This document shows, piece after piece, positions 14,901 to 27,800 of a stretch of 64,000 bases of DNA. The first letter of the stretch is position 1, and each line of letters starts with the position of its first letter. The stretch comes from Bugula neritina. Its lineage: Eukaryota > Animalia > Bryozoa. The position numbers and the translations under genes were made by a program. The notes beneath the pieces were generated by a model, which did no database searches, was not told where the DNA came from, and worked only from the letters and a program-made list of their open reading frames with translations. The DNA lies in the NCBI GenBank assembly GCA_964035545.1, contig OZ037768.1:6232741-6296740 (forward strand). The letters are read 5' to 3'.

Positions 14901-17900
14901 TAATACCTCAGTAGCCCAATTTTAATGTTTACATTACGTACTCTAATACTTTATTACACCTAAACTTATGTAAGCCTTTAATAATTATAATGTGAAAAAA
15001 TAATTGCTCATTTCTTTAAATAATACACAAACCAGATGTAGCTTAACTTCCTCATAGGCATAGTATAGTATAGTATAGAAAACCACAGCTCAGTTATTTT
15101 GTATGACTTACTCAGGAGAAATTTTACAGCTGCCTGCTATTCAATATACATATTTGGGAAATGAAAATTAATTATAACTTAACCATTATTTGTATTTGTG
15201 TAAATAAACAAATTTTCCATACTGCTTTTGTGTTTACTTATAACTCTATAACTAATTACATGTATCTTTTATGAGTTACAAGTTTGTATTTTTTTGTCTG
15301 TCTGTGTGTCATCTCATGTGAATTTTCATTGTAGTCTTGGTTATTCTATACCCATGTTCTCTGGCTTTACTATCATCTTTGTATCTACTATAGGTAAGTC
15401 TTGTAACAGACCACCAGCATTAGTATAACACATAACCATATTATATGTCTATATAGCATAATTATAATGATGTGATTTGTGAATATTATTTACATGTATT
15501 TATGGTAATCAAGCATAAAAGATTGACTAGACTTTACATCTATACAAATTAACAAATGGATGTATTATACTGGACTCTGGTAATATTTCAGCTCCAGTGA
15601 TTTAAATTTAAACAGACAAATTTAGGCCCCTTGTTTTAGTGCTTAGCAGAAAATATCTGCATCTGCATGCATAAAGTTCTCAAAAATTTTCATGATGTTT
15701 ATAATATTTACTAAAGATTCTAGCAGAGCTGGTACAATTAAGAATAAGCCTTATGTATTATTAATCACGTTTTTTGTAAAATCAAACTGAAAGATGTAAA
15801 ATTTTGAAAATATGAAAATTTGAACATTTGCCAAGCATGAAATACCATTTAAGACTTTAAGGCATTGCAGAAGTTTTAGTAATTTTAGAACTATAAATTC
15901 ATATTCAGTATTTTGTCAGATTTTTGTGCTCTTTTACAGTGTTTGCTTTTGGGGAAAGCTATTGGGTGTGGTTATCTGCCAGAGCGGTGCAAGGGGCTGG
16001 ATCATCCTGTACCACTGTGTCTGGTATGGGGCTAATAGCAGACAGATATCAGGATGATGCTGAAAGGGGCAATGCTATGGCCATTGCACTCAGTGGTCTT
16101 GCTCTAGGTGTTTTGAGTAAGCTTTTTGAACTTTATACTCATGCTACGTTATTATACTTCCGTCACCCTGTAATGTAGGCTATATTATTGCCTACGTTAA
16201 CTCTATAGGGAGCAACTATACTCTGTTGCTTTTCCTAGCATTTCCCAAGCCTGTGATTTGATTTTGCAATAGCCATCGGTGATTTTAGCAAAGACATGCA
16301 ATCCCAAATGTTTGCGTATTATTTGGCTATTAACATCATTTGAGGTGGGATCTCACAGGAATTGAGGCCATATAACCAATACCTGAGTTTTTTTAGAGAG
16401 AGAAACAGGTGCAACTTTCAAAGTTGCCAGTCAGCCTACTCTTCATGCACAAGTGATGCTTTCTTCTAGACTCACATGAGTTTAGTTGGCAATTGACATA
16501 CCCCCTTCTTATGTAGTCTGGCATCATGCTTTTAGTATTGAACACCTTTGATGTTTTTTATAGTTGGGCCACCTTTCGGTGGAGTGTTTTATGAGTTTCT
16601 TGGAAAGTCTGCTCCATTTTTGTTCCTGGCTGCGCTGGCTCTTATCGATGGAGGTAATTAAGAAGTTGCTAAATATTTTTACAAATAATATTATGCTCAA
16701 TTGTATGGCATTATTTACAATAATCATATATTGTTCTTATATTCACATAAACATTTTACAGTAAATTAGCTTTAACAATAAATATTTTACTTTTATTTTA
16801 AGCCTTACAATTATATGTGATGAGACCTTCAAAGACACCAGAGTTGCAGGAAGGTGTCTCTATATTCCAGCTTCTCAAAGATCCATATATTCTGGTTGCA
16901 GCTGGTGAGTGGAACTCTACTGTGCAGTAGATCTCATCATTTTAATTACCAGTATGGTCAATGTTTTCTCTTCTTTATTAATCCATCAATTCAAACACTG
17001 AGTATGTCGTAAAATATGCATTTACATTTTACAAGTATGACAACCATGGTCATGCGTAATCTTTATTTTTTTCAAATTTAGGGTGTAACAAGTTATTTAA
17101 GTATTCATACTCTTCATATCTTGTAGCATTTGTCAATTCCATGAAATAGCTGAATGTCTACACTATATACTACAGGTGCTATCACATTTTCAAACATGGG
17201 TATTGGAATGCTGGAGCCTACACTACCTACGTTCATGTTTGAGACTATGCATTCAGAAAAGTGGGAGCAGGGCATAGCCTTCCTTCCTGCAAGTATCTCC
17301 TACATGTTGGGTACCATAATATTCGGGCCTCTCTCTCTGTACATGGGCCGGTAAGGATCACAGTACAGCCTTCATTATATTTTTTAGTTTCAACAGTATA
17401 ACATACTATATTTACTGAGTTGGATCTCTCTTCCATTAAAAAAAACTCTTAAACTTTTATCATTTTGTTTGCTGTTTCAATTTAGACTTGAAGAAATTTG
17501 CTGAATTGGTTGAACATAGCTACTCGAAGCCTAAGATTTTTCCTGAGTAGGCTAGTATGTAATTTTCTAAGGGCATGTAGCTATTACTCCATAGTGTACT
17601 GTTGTAGTGAATGTTGGCAATAATGTTGCAGGTGGTTGGCTTCTATGATTGGCTTGTTAGCAATTGGCTTAGCTCTTTTTGTGGTAAGTAAGTTTAATGG
17701 TGGTGAACTTTTAACATCCCTGCAAAGTTTTAAAATATTTGACTTTTCCAGCTTCACCCATAGCATCCATACTCTGCTGATTTTATTTTTAAGCTTTTGG
17801 TCCAGCTTTAAGCTGATTACTTCTTATTGATGCCATTAACGTGAGACTTGTGTGCCTTCAGAGATACAAATTGTCTACTTAGTACATTTGTACTAATATT

Positions 17901-20572
17901 TATATGGGTTCACAAATTATCATAGGTTAACTTTAGATATAAGCCATTTACTGCTGAAAGCACACAGGCAGTTGTTGGAAGAATTTTAGTAAGTCTATAA
18001 GCAAAGCAAAATTTAATAAAAGATATATAAAAAAGATAAAACTAATTGCTGATGCTATTATATCCTATAAAGTGAAATTTTTACCATCTATATTATGTTT
18101 ACCATATATACTATGTTTACCATATATATTATGTTTACCATGTATACTATGTTTACCATATATATTATGTTTACCATATATATTATGTTTACTATAATTA
18201 TATATTATTATGTTTACTATATACATATATATATACTATTTTTACCATATATGCCATGTTTACCATATGTTTACCACATGTTTACCATGTTTGTTCAGGT
18301 TACTTGGCGTTTATTTACAACTCCATTGACTTGTTTAGATCTGCTTGTCAATTAATCCATTTAAATTAATATCTAGATTCCCTTCAGCACCAGCATCAAC
18401 CATCTGATTGCTCCTAACATGCTGCTTGGACTGGCGATTGGCATGGTTGACTCATCAATGATGCCAACTATGGGATACTTAGTTGACCTGAGGCATATTT
18501 CAGTATATGGTGCTGTATATGCTATTGCAGATATTGCCTTCTGCGTCGGGTTTGCTGTTGGTATGTTTTTCAATAAGTAATATTATTACTGCTATATTAA
18601 TGTTTGTTAGCTTTCATTGTCACTGTTCCGCAACTACTATTGTAAATACTTCGTATTATGTGTATAGTTACAGACTTACAGTTATAATATGGATACTGCT
18701 TGCTAGTTTCTTAATATAATGAAGTAATTGTGTTCAATAATTCTTCTGATTCGAAGCCAATAATAACTTGGAGTCATTACCTTTTAACATAATTTGTCTA
18801 GAGTAAGGGGTGATGTGTTAATTTATAATAATTGAAAAGATGTAGCAATACTTATGGGCATTTTCTTAATGAATATCAATACAAGACAATATATAACATT
18901 AGTGCGAGTGGCTAATTTGGAACATCTGCTAAAGTTTGTAGAAATCAAATGATGAACACACCCCAACTATTTAACTTTTTCATAACAATTCAACAATAAT
19001 GTAAACTGGCTAAAACCCAGCTAAAATTGCCACAGAACGTATAACAGCAGAGCATTTGTAATGTCTGAGCACTATGACAGTGCTTAATATGTTGAAACGT
19101 ATAAGTTACATGAGTATCTAATATTTTAACTTTATTGAGTAGATAACTTTCCAAAAGCAGTTTTTTAACTTACGCAGTATACGCGATGGGCATTTGACTC
19201 TAAAGTGTCATAATACTGAGTGGTGATATTGGGGCACCGACACTACTGATGTTTGAATAGACTGCAGCTATGATTCATATGTTATGAGCCATTAGAAGTT
19301 TTGGGAGGATTTTTCTTTTAGAAGTGTGTTTTTCTTTTAGGTCCTGCAATGGGTGGCATCATTCTTGAAGCTATAGGGTTTAAATGGATGTTATGGATTA
19401 TAGCAATTGTTAATGTTGCATATGCACCTTTACTTTTTTTTCTCCGGAATCCACCAGGAAATGAAAAGAAAATCGTAAGTTCATAGTTTATACTACATAG
19501 TTATCTTTTGCTGCTGTTAATATTAGCATTAAAATAAATACTGCTAGTGCTGCTGCTACACGTGTTAGCATGCTGCCTCTACTAGTTCTTAGCTTAATTA
19601 GTATTCATCACCCAACATCTAATTTTCACTATTACCAGGTACTCTACTGATCTCCAACCTCTAATATAAATGCAACTTCATTATTATCATTCCACCGAAA
19701 CTGCTATCATCCTAATATTTCTTACTATTCTGTGCCAAGCATAATACATCATGTAGCTATAATAATACAACACCTGAAGTGTTGCAATAAAATCTACCAC
19801 AAAATGTACATTAAAACTTTTGCTAAAAAAAACCACAAACTTTTAGTAAATCTGATGAAATTGATAAACTTGTAAAACAGTTTAACCAGCTTTAAATTTT
19901 ACAATGATCATCTTATTTTGTAACTGAAGCTGTATTTTATTAATTATTATATCTCTTGTAGCAACTTATTGTGTAAAGATTTTAACCATGCAGATAGGAT
20001 ATTTTTAAACAGCAGAAGTGCTCATATTTATATGTACTTGAGTATAGTAAAATATGCATGTAGGATAAAAGTATATTCTACACTACCTAGCTACAGCATT
20101 GAAGCCTTTCTAGTTGTATTTAGCATACGTCTCTGTACTGTCATAGTTCTAATGCATATCTTATTAAATAAACTTAAAATGTGTTTGCAGCTACTTCAGT
20201 CTTTTTGTCAAATACATTATATATCAAACATCACTTGTATTATCTGTTCATGTACATTTATATATTTAGGAGATTATAATGAACGACAAGTGCCCTATAA
20301 AGTATACAACATACAAGCAATCTCCAGCTGGTGATGAACGGGGAGATGTTATAGAAACCTACCCAATTCTGCCAACAGAATTAAGGATTGAAGAATATAA
20401 TGGTAATGGGGAGCAGACGACTCACTTTGCTAGGTTAGTCAGACGTTCCGTGACTCATAGAGATAGTGACGATGAGGAGGAGGGCCTTCAGAGTGATAGC
20501 AGTGAGACTGGTGGAGCGGACGACTCTCAATCTACTATCTCCTCTGACTCAGAACATGGCTCTGACAATTAG
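8917..20572 (+). CDS. VMAT: Vesicular monoamine transporter (SLC18A1/2-type, MFS), ~13 exons
   Basis: Approximate exons 8917-8943 (MESQGLISE, in frame; alternative start ATG 10020), 10005-10206, 10990-11163, 11869-12067, 15335-15393, 15940-16117, 16564-16653, 16803-16904, 17177-17350, 17632-17683, 18378-18560, 19341-19475, 20270-20572. Motifs: [104 protein letters not shown], acidic tail. The many introns and these motifs favour VMAT over VAChT. Confidence 0.93.
10801..10873 (+). pseudogene. Degenerate tRNA-Thr(TGT)-like sequence / tRNA-derived SINE head in a VMAT intron
   Basis: ACCCCTGTGGTGTAATTGGTTAGGGCGCCTGTTTGTAAGCTGGAGGTCTGTGGTTCGAATCCCAGTGGAGGCA has an A-box (TGGTGTAATTGG), a B-box (GGTTCGAATCC), TGT in the anticodon loop and a following T-run. 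The acceptor stem has mismatches and the anticodon loop is 6 nt, so it is unlikely to be a functional tRNA. Confidence 0.65.
18080..18292 (+). repeat. AT-rich minisatellite (~18-nt unit atgtttaccatatatatt) in a VMAT intron
   Basis: Directly visible tandem copies that degenerate towards the 3' end; they generate the spurious MFTIYT ORF. Confidence 0.9.
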
Positions 20573-21699
20573 CCAATGGGTGAACGGGATGAAGCAGTGC
20601 GTTCATTGGTTACTATTAATGTTAGCATTTTTAGATGTTAATTTATTGCATTCTTTATTGTAATCCTTTCTGTGGGCTTTAAACTAGGTTGACACTTTCA
20701 ACTCAATATTTGTTAGATGGCATCAAATTTGCTTGGTGTATTTCCATGTCTGTATTATACATAATTATTATATTACAATATACAAGTGACTGTAAAAACA
20801 ATTAGTTATTTAATTCATAATTAATTGTAAATTATTGTATAGTTTGAGCAATGAATTATGATTAGAATATTATCATAATACACCTGAGGTCTTACAACCA
20901 ACATACTTCGAGACTATGAAGGGGTATACTCCAATATTGATCAATTCAGGTGTAATGCTATGAACACTAACTTGTATAATAATTTATATGACTGTGACAT
21001 CAGTATATCTATTTGCTTTTAATACTCAAAGCACTTTATCTTTGTTATGCTTTTGTAGTATATATGCTGCTCAGTAAATTATTATATAATAATATATGTA
21101 ATATATTAGTAATATATTAATGTAGAGCAACCATCTTCACTTTAGTACAAATTAGTAAACATTACAATATTTCTAAAAACATAATAAGTTAATTAGCTGA
21201 TACCCTTCATGCAGTGGTAAATCATGGTGGCAACTAAGTTTAAGAAGAGTTGTAAAGGAGGAAAATTATATGCATTTCTAGTGCAGTCGAAATTCATATC
21301 GATGCAAGGATTCAAGGTCGTTCAAAGCCATGACAAGGATGAGTTTGCCAAAATTACAAAGTTATATACTCATATAGAAACTAAAATATTTTGCTCTGCT
21401 ATTGAGAGATGACACAGCCTGTCAAAAATTAAGTGGGCTGTAGTGTAAAAAGGTCATTTATGCATGGAATTTACAGTCATTAGTCATCAACCTTGGTTCA
21501 ACTATATGAATTTTAAATCTGTTCTTGATGAGTCAATAAAAATGATAGGCCTACCATAAATTATAATGTCGGAATACAAGCAGTTTGAGAGGTAATACGG
21601 CCATATACTAAATTCTAAAATCTAGATTATTCCAATGATCGAAGGTGTAGCGTTGTGATATTTCGGAATTGTCTTTTCGAATATTAACACTTTTTAATC

Positions 21700-21836
21700 A
21701 AGCGAGAGGTTACGTGAATAAACACGTGAAGCGGCCATTTCACTGCATTTAATTGTCCCTGAGGAAATTAGGGAAGTAAATGAATGAAGTTGCGCGCCAA
21801 AAGTGCCGCTAAAAAGTTTCCCTATACAGTGAAAAA
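21700..21836 (+). promoter_or_regulatory. CpG-containing KPNB1 promoter/5'UTR with an E-box and a YY1-like motif
   Basis: CACGTG at 21723-21728 and GCGGCCATTT at 21731-21740, in a locally CpG-rich patch just upstream of the KPNB1 ATG. Confidence 0.4.
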
Positions 21837-24800
21837 ATGTCAACTGAAAAGCTTGTACAGATTCTAGAAAAAACTTTAGCTCCAGGTAAGGCAAGAAGTT
21901 AATTGGATTTAATGATTTGATCTCAATTTAAATTTTGAAATTCAACACTAACTGAACTCTAAGTCAACGTGAAAGTCTTAGTCTAAAAGCAACAGCAAGA
22001 CTAGCTCACCAAGTTAAACTCACACCGACAGTGACAATTGAAAATAAAATTGAATAACTTAATGTGAAGCTATGTGTAAACTTTCACTTCGACTTTGGTG
22101 AATAAAACCGAGTACTAACTACTACTAGTCAGACTCACGCTCAGCAGTTACTAGTTTATAGTTGGAGTTAGTGTTGCAGTGACTAATAAATATAATAATA
22201 GTTATAATATTAATATATACTTCTAGTTTATAATTATTATTTAGTAATTAATTATGAATAACTGTCAGCTCGCGTTGTGACTGAACTCATAATATTTTAA
22301 CCTGAAGCAAAGTTAAAAATAAATATTTGCATTCAAATTTGAAGTTTTCGGTTCAGATTGCTTTTTGTTGCACTAAATCTTATCAGTTTTAGTTTGCAAT
22401 GGCCTAGTAGAAAAGTACAAAACTTGTTGAAACTTTTGTAAAGCATTACTATATTAATTTTGTCATTTACAAAAGGGAGACCAAAACATGGGGAAATTCA
22501 AATTGTCTTTTTAGAGCAATTTCAAATAAATATAATCAGGCAGTTATTTGTAAAATACAGTGAATTGGTAACCCAAATATTGACATGAATAGGTGTGGAT
22601 TTAGATTAAGTAAAGGCAACTTAGTAGTTTTCTATATCTAGTCTGAATCGATACCCATTTAATGTTCTGATGTTATGAGCATAATAAGAAAGACTTAAAA
22701 CTGTGATTCTGAATCGAAATTTGTTCTTCACTCTATAAAGCTTTTACAATATAAAAAGGCAAACAATAGTACGTCAAAAACCTTTACTTCATACAATTAT
22801 AAGGCACTTGACTTGTTATAACATTGAATTTGTTTTGTCCTGTGCATAGCCAATTTTTATGAAGTCAGTAACTGTTGACACTTATAATTACATATGTAAA
22901 AATCGCCAAGTGAAAAGAGACCTTCAAGTTATAAGTGTCAGCTTAGTGTTTAATGTGGCCTTGTCGTTGATTCATCCAGTGATAAATTGCATCATGGCAA
23001 ATTATTAAGAAAACAAATCAAAATTTTAAAGAATAAGTATTTTCAATAGATTCAAGGATAGCTGCAAATATTACAATTGAAATTGATGCTGTATAAGACA
23101 TTTGCAATGATATTAACCAAGTGGTATTCACTATTCAGTATAAATAACTTTATTCTAATCTGCTTGCAGACCAAAATGAGTTACAGGCAGCAAAGCAATA
23201 TTTGGATCAAGCGGCATCTGTAAACCTGGTAAGTGGATCTCATATAGTTTTGCAAGTTGAGAAATAATCTATAGCCTTTGGAACTGCTGTTGTCCACTGC
23301 TAATCACCATATTGGGTGATTGTGTTTTATGGCTATATACTTGTGTTGTAGCCTAATTTACTGACTTCTCTATCGGAAATCTTGAGAAATGGAGGAAACA
23401 GCCAAGTGGCGCGAATGCAAGCTGGTATCCAGTTGAAAAATCATCTATACTCAAAGGACTTTGACATTCGGTGTCAGTATCAACAAAGATGGCTAACATT
23501 CCCCGAAGAGATGAAAGCGTTCATAAAAACAAATGTAAACAGCCTAAAATCATGTTTTCAAAATTTATGTAGCTTTTTCAACCTCAATTAAACATAATAA
23601 TGTACTTGATAACATTTGTTAGGTTTTGTCCACTCTTGGATCAGAGCATCGGCCGAGCCAGGCAGCGCAGTGTGTAGCTTCAATCGCATGCGCGGAGTTA
23701 CCTCAGCACCAATGGCCAGATCTCATTAAACTTCTAGTTCATAATGTCACGGCCACCACCAGTACGGAGATGATGAAAGAAGCCTCACTGGAAGCTATAG
23801 GATATATTTGTCAGGACATTGTAAGCCCTTACAGTGTGATTGAGTTGCAAAACTTTCACCTACATGCTTAAAGTTGTATCTGTGTGTCCAGTGATTTGTT
23901 GCTAAATAGTTTTAATAAATAAAACTGATGGTAAATACCTTAAGGCTTAAAGTTTGCATGAACCATTTTGTATAAATCACATTTTGTAGATGGAGCCTGT
24001 ACACGTAGATGTCACAGTTATTATCAAGTGACTGATATTTTGTTTTATGTTGTGTGCATCTATAACTTCTGCGATGCTTATATGGCTTGTTTGTTGAAAT
24101 TTGGTTTTTATATTCAATTTTCAAAGGAATCCGATGTGCTGGAAACACAGAGTAATGATATTCTAACAGCTATTGTTCACGGCATGAAAAAAGATGAGTC
24201 CAGTGATTACGTGCGACTAGCGGCTACAAACGCTCTTCTCAACTCCCTAGAATTCACCAAAGCTAATTTTGACGTAGAGGTAATTATTTTATTGCAACTG
24301 GCTGCATGCATCTGTTACTAGGAGATTTGATATTGTAGCACCACACAGTCTCCACAATAGACTTCATTGAGCCAAATGTAGTGTATGTGATTTTCAAGTG
24401 GCATATATCGTAAGAACATTTGTATTACATAAAAGTTGCGACTCAAAATGATTTCATCTTTAATGTGTGGATTTTTACTGTATTTTCAACAATTAGCTTA
24501 GCATTGTTTTGCTCTTGATTTATTTTAGACGGAAAGAAATTTCATCATGCAAGTGGTTTGTGAAGCTACACAGTCTACAGATATCCATGTGAAAACGGCT
24601 GCCTTGCAATGTTTAGTGAAAATTATGTCTTTGCACTACACTTACATGGAGAACTACATGGGCCATGCTTTATTTGCCGTAAGTATGCTGCAAGTTTTTC
24701 ATGCCAACACTTAACAAGACAAATATTTGTGTGAAATTAAGTACAAATAGCAATATTTGGCGTTCTTTGATTCCTAGCGCCTGGGTTCATTACGTAATTC

Positions 24801-27800
24801 TGCTCTAAATTCTCCGAGTATTAGCAATTAAGTTTATAAACGTAATAACGCTTATTTGAATATCTGATCACATTTGTATCTAATACAACAGGTCGCTTTG
24901 ATATCCGTGACTTTCGGCATATGTGCACTACTATTAATTAACTTGCGAAATGTTGCTGTGTGGCAGTCCTCCAATTAGTCAGGGTTATCTGCCCATTGAG
25001 TGGAAGAGTTTATTCCTACAGTTTCAGTCGACTCACTGCAAGTTGTTTCAGGCTGCAGCATTGGCTTAAACAAAGTTTTTCTAATTGCAAGAGAAGGGCA
25101 TGGTAGCGTCTATATGCCTGTACACAAGTGTTGGTGTAACCTGGCGTACAGTGATATATTGAATATTGCAGATTACGATAGAGGCTATGAAATCTGAACA
25201 CGATGAGATAGCCCTGCAGGGCATAGAGTTCTGGTCTACAGTGTGTGACGAGGAAGTTGACCTTGGCATAGAGCTGCAAGAGGTAACCCGGCTATAGCTT
25301 ACCTTTTACTTTGCTGCTGTCACCTACTTATATATAGCTGCTGTATTATATAACCCTTGCTGTGTGCTCTTTAGGCACAAGAAATCGGCAGAGCACCTGA
25401 CAGAACTAGCTGTCACTACGCAAAAGGTGCCCTGGCATATCTCGTCCCCATTCTCACTGAAATCATGACCAAACAAGTAAGTGACGCTCAACACCCTTAT
25501 TATACAATAGATCATTGTAGTTGTTGCTCTAGTTCAGGTTTGTCTGCTCACGCCACACTCTCCTGTCCCTAGGATAATGAGACCGAAGATGACGATGAGT
25601 GGAACCCGTGTAAAGCTGCTGGAGTGTCTCTCATGTTACTAGCCACCTGCTGTGAAGATGACATCGTGCCTCACGTGCTGCCATTTGTTACACAAAATAT
25701 TAACCTGCCTGATTGGAACAAAAGAGATGCCGCCATTATGGCTTTTGGTACGTCCTGTATCCAGCCACATGTTTGAGCTTTTAAATTGTACGCTTATCTC
25801 CGTAATTGGTGTTTATCTTCAGACAATCAATAACCTTGCTATTTTGATTCTTGCCATTCCTAGCAGATCAAACTATACTTACATACAAAGTTTACTAATA
25901 GGATCGATACTCGAAGGACCCGACCCGGATAAGATGAAGCCTGTGGTAGCTGAGGCTATGCCTAGTCTAATAACACTGCTCAAGGACCAGTCGCCTGCTG
26001 TGAGAGACACTGTGGCGTGGACAATCGGCAGAGTTTGTGAGTTGCTGCCAGAAGCAGCCATTAACCCGACGTTCCTGGTGCCGCTGGTTGAGGGGCTGGT
26101 GGTGGGGCTGGACGACGTTCCCAGAGTTGCTGCTAATGTCGCCTGGGTTTGTAGCTTCTGTTCATATCACAGAATCAACATGTAAGCCATTGCAGCATCT
26201 AGTTTCGTTTAATTAAACTAAAAGTTTTATTGGCTGTCTCTTAATGTTGGCAGGCGTTCTCCTCCCTGGCTGAGGCAGCGTATGACGAGGCAGCACAGCA
26301 GGCTGACGAGCCGGATACTTACTGCCTCAGCTCCGTGTTCTCACCTATTGTGGAAAAGTTGTTGGCTACGACAGGCAGAGCAGACGGTGAGCAATCTTTT
26401 ACTAGATAGTCATGTGACCAAGTAGTCATGTGGCTCAAGAACTCTTACTATCTAGTCATGTACAAGTCTTTGAGACCAAACATGCCTCTGCGTATAGTCA
26501 CCATTCCTGTGAGAGTCCAGATGGTAAGGGCTGTTAGGCAGCCTCAAACTATGCTGACTGTTCCTTGTATCCCCGGCAGCCTAACAGCGTGTGGTACACT
26601 AGTCTGGCTCATGTAACCACAGCTGCTCGCTATGTTGTGTGTGTCTGTATGTATGTGTATACATTAAGTACGTGTGTATTACTAACAGGAAACCTAAATA
26701 ACTTGCGGAGTGCCGCGTATGAAGCACTGATGGAGCTGATAAAGAATAGCCCCAAAGACTGCTACGAAGTGGTCAAGAGAACGACTGAGATAATCCTACA
26801 AAGATTACAGACAATCCTGCAAATGGAGGTAGTCTATCCTCTGCTTATTCTTATTCTGTTATTATGACGGTGACCATGGATTTACCTTTCTCTGGTTTAA
26901 ATAGCATTTTTCTTGCTAGTCTGTACAAGTAGCCATTTGCCTGTGTATAACTCGTGCTATTCTTACCCCACCCAGTATATTCACTGATGAGTTAGCTAAG
27001 TGAGCCAGTCTGGTACTGCATGCTATACACTGTGTGTGTATGCAGTACCAGACCTACCTGCTCTCTTAGTGTTAGTTTAGTGATAGAATAAACAGAGTAA
27101 AGAGTGGGCAGGAGATTCTCTTGTTCTAAGTGACTCCTTCCCGCTCATTGCTTGTCAACTTCTTATTGAGTTGATGTCAGCCCTGTGCTACACGCAGCAT
27201 TCTTATTGGCTGATCTCATAGTTGTAAGAAGTACACGACCTTCAGTTGTCCTTAACACAACTTTTAGGCTGCCAAAAATTTTGTCAGTAAAAAGTTATTT
27301 ATGTTGGATCCCTTCTTGAACTTACTGTGCCTACATTTTGTACTTACTCTACTTACTCTACTTACTCTACTCAAGTTATTGTACTTGCTGTTTGTAGTCT
27401 CAAGTTCACAGTTCCTCGGACAGGGTGCAGTTCAACGACCTCCAGTCCCTGCTGTGCGCCACTCTCCAGGTAACACCTTCTTCTGCCTTACTCTGACCTG
27501 CCACTACACTCGCAGGGTGCTGGTCTTCTGGTCTCTCTAACTTCATCTCATGCTAAGCAGCTGCAGACTGTTCAGTATGAATAAAGTCCCACACTGTTGA
27601 ATGCATAGCTAATTAGCTCATGCCTTTTATTGGGGGTGGGATGAGTAGCTGCTACAGTTTTTCACTTTCCATATTGATGCTGCGAAAACAAATAGACTTT
27701 CCAATCTATTTCCCTTCTGTTTGGTTGCCTGTAGCATACACCAGTTCCGTAATATATTCACTTTACTAGTTGCAAAGTAAAGACTGCTTCGTTTAATTTA

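Noticed and set aside
18095-18355. MFTIYT-repeat ORF
   Set aside because: Translation of an intronic minisatellite.
23888-23931. CCA-GTGATT...CTGA-TGG C/D-like motif
   Set aside because: Only ~44 nt, AT-rich, with no recognisable antisense element.
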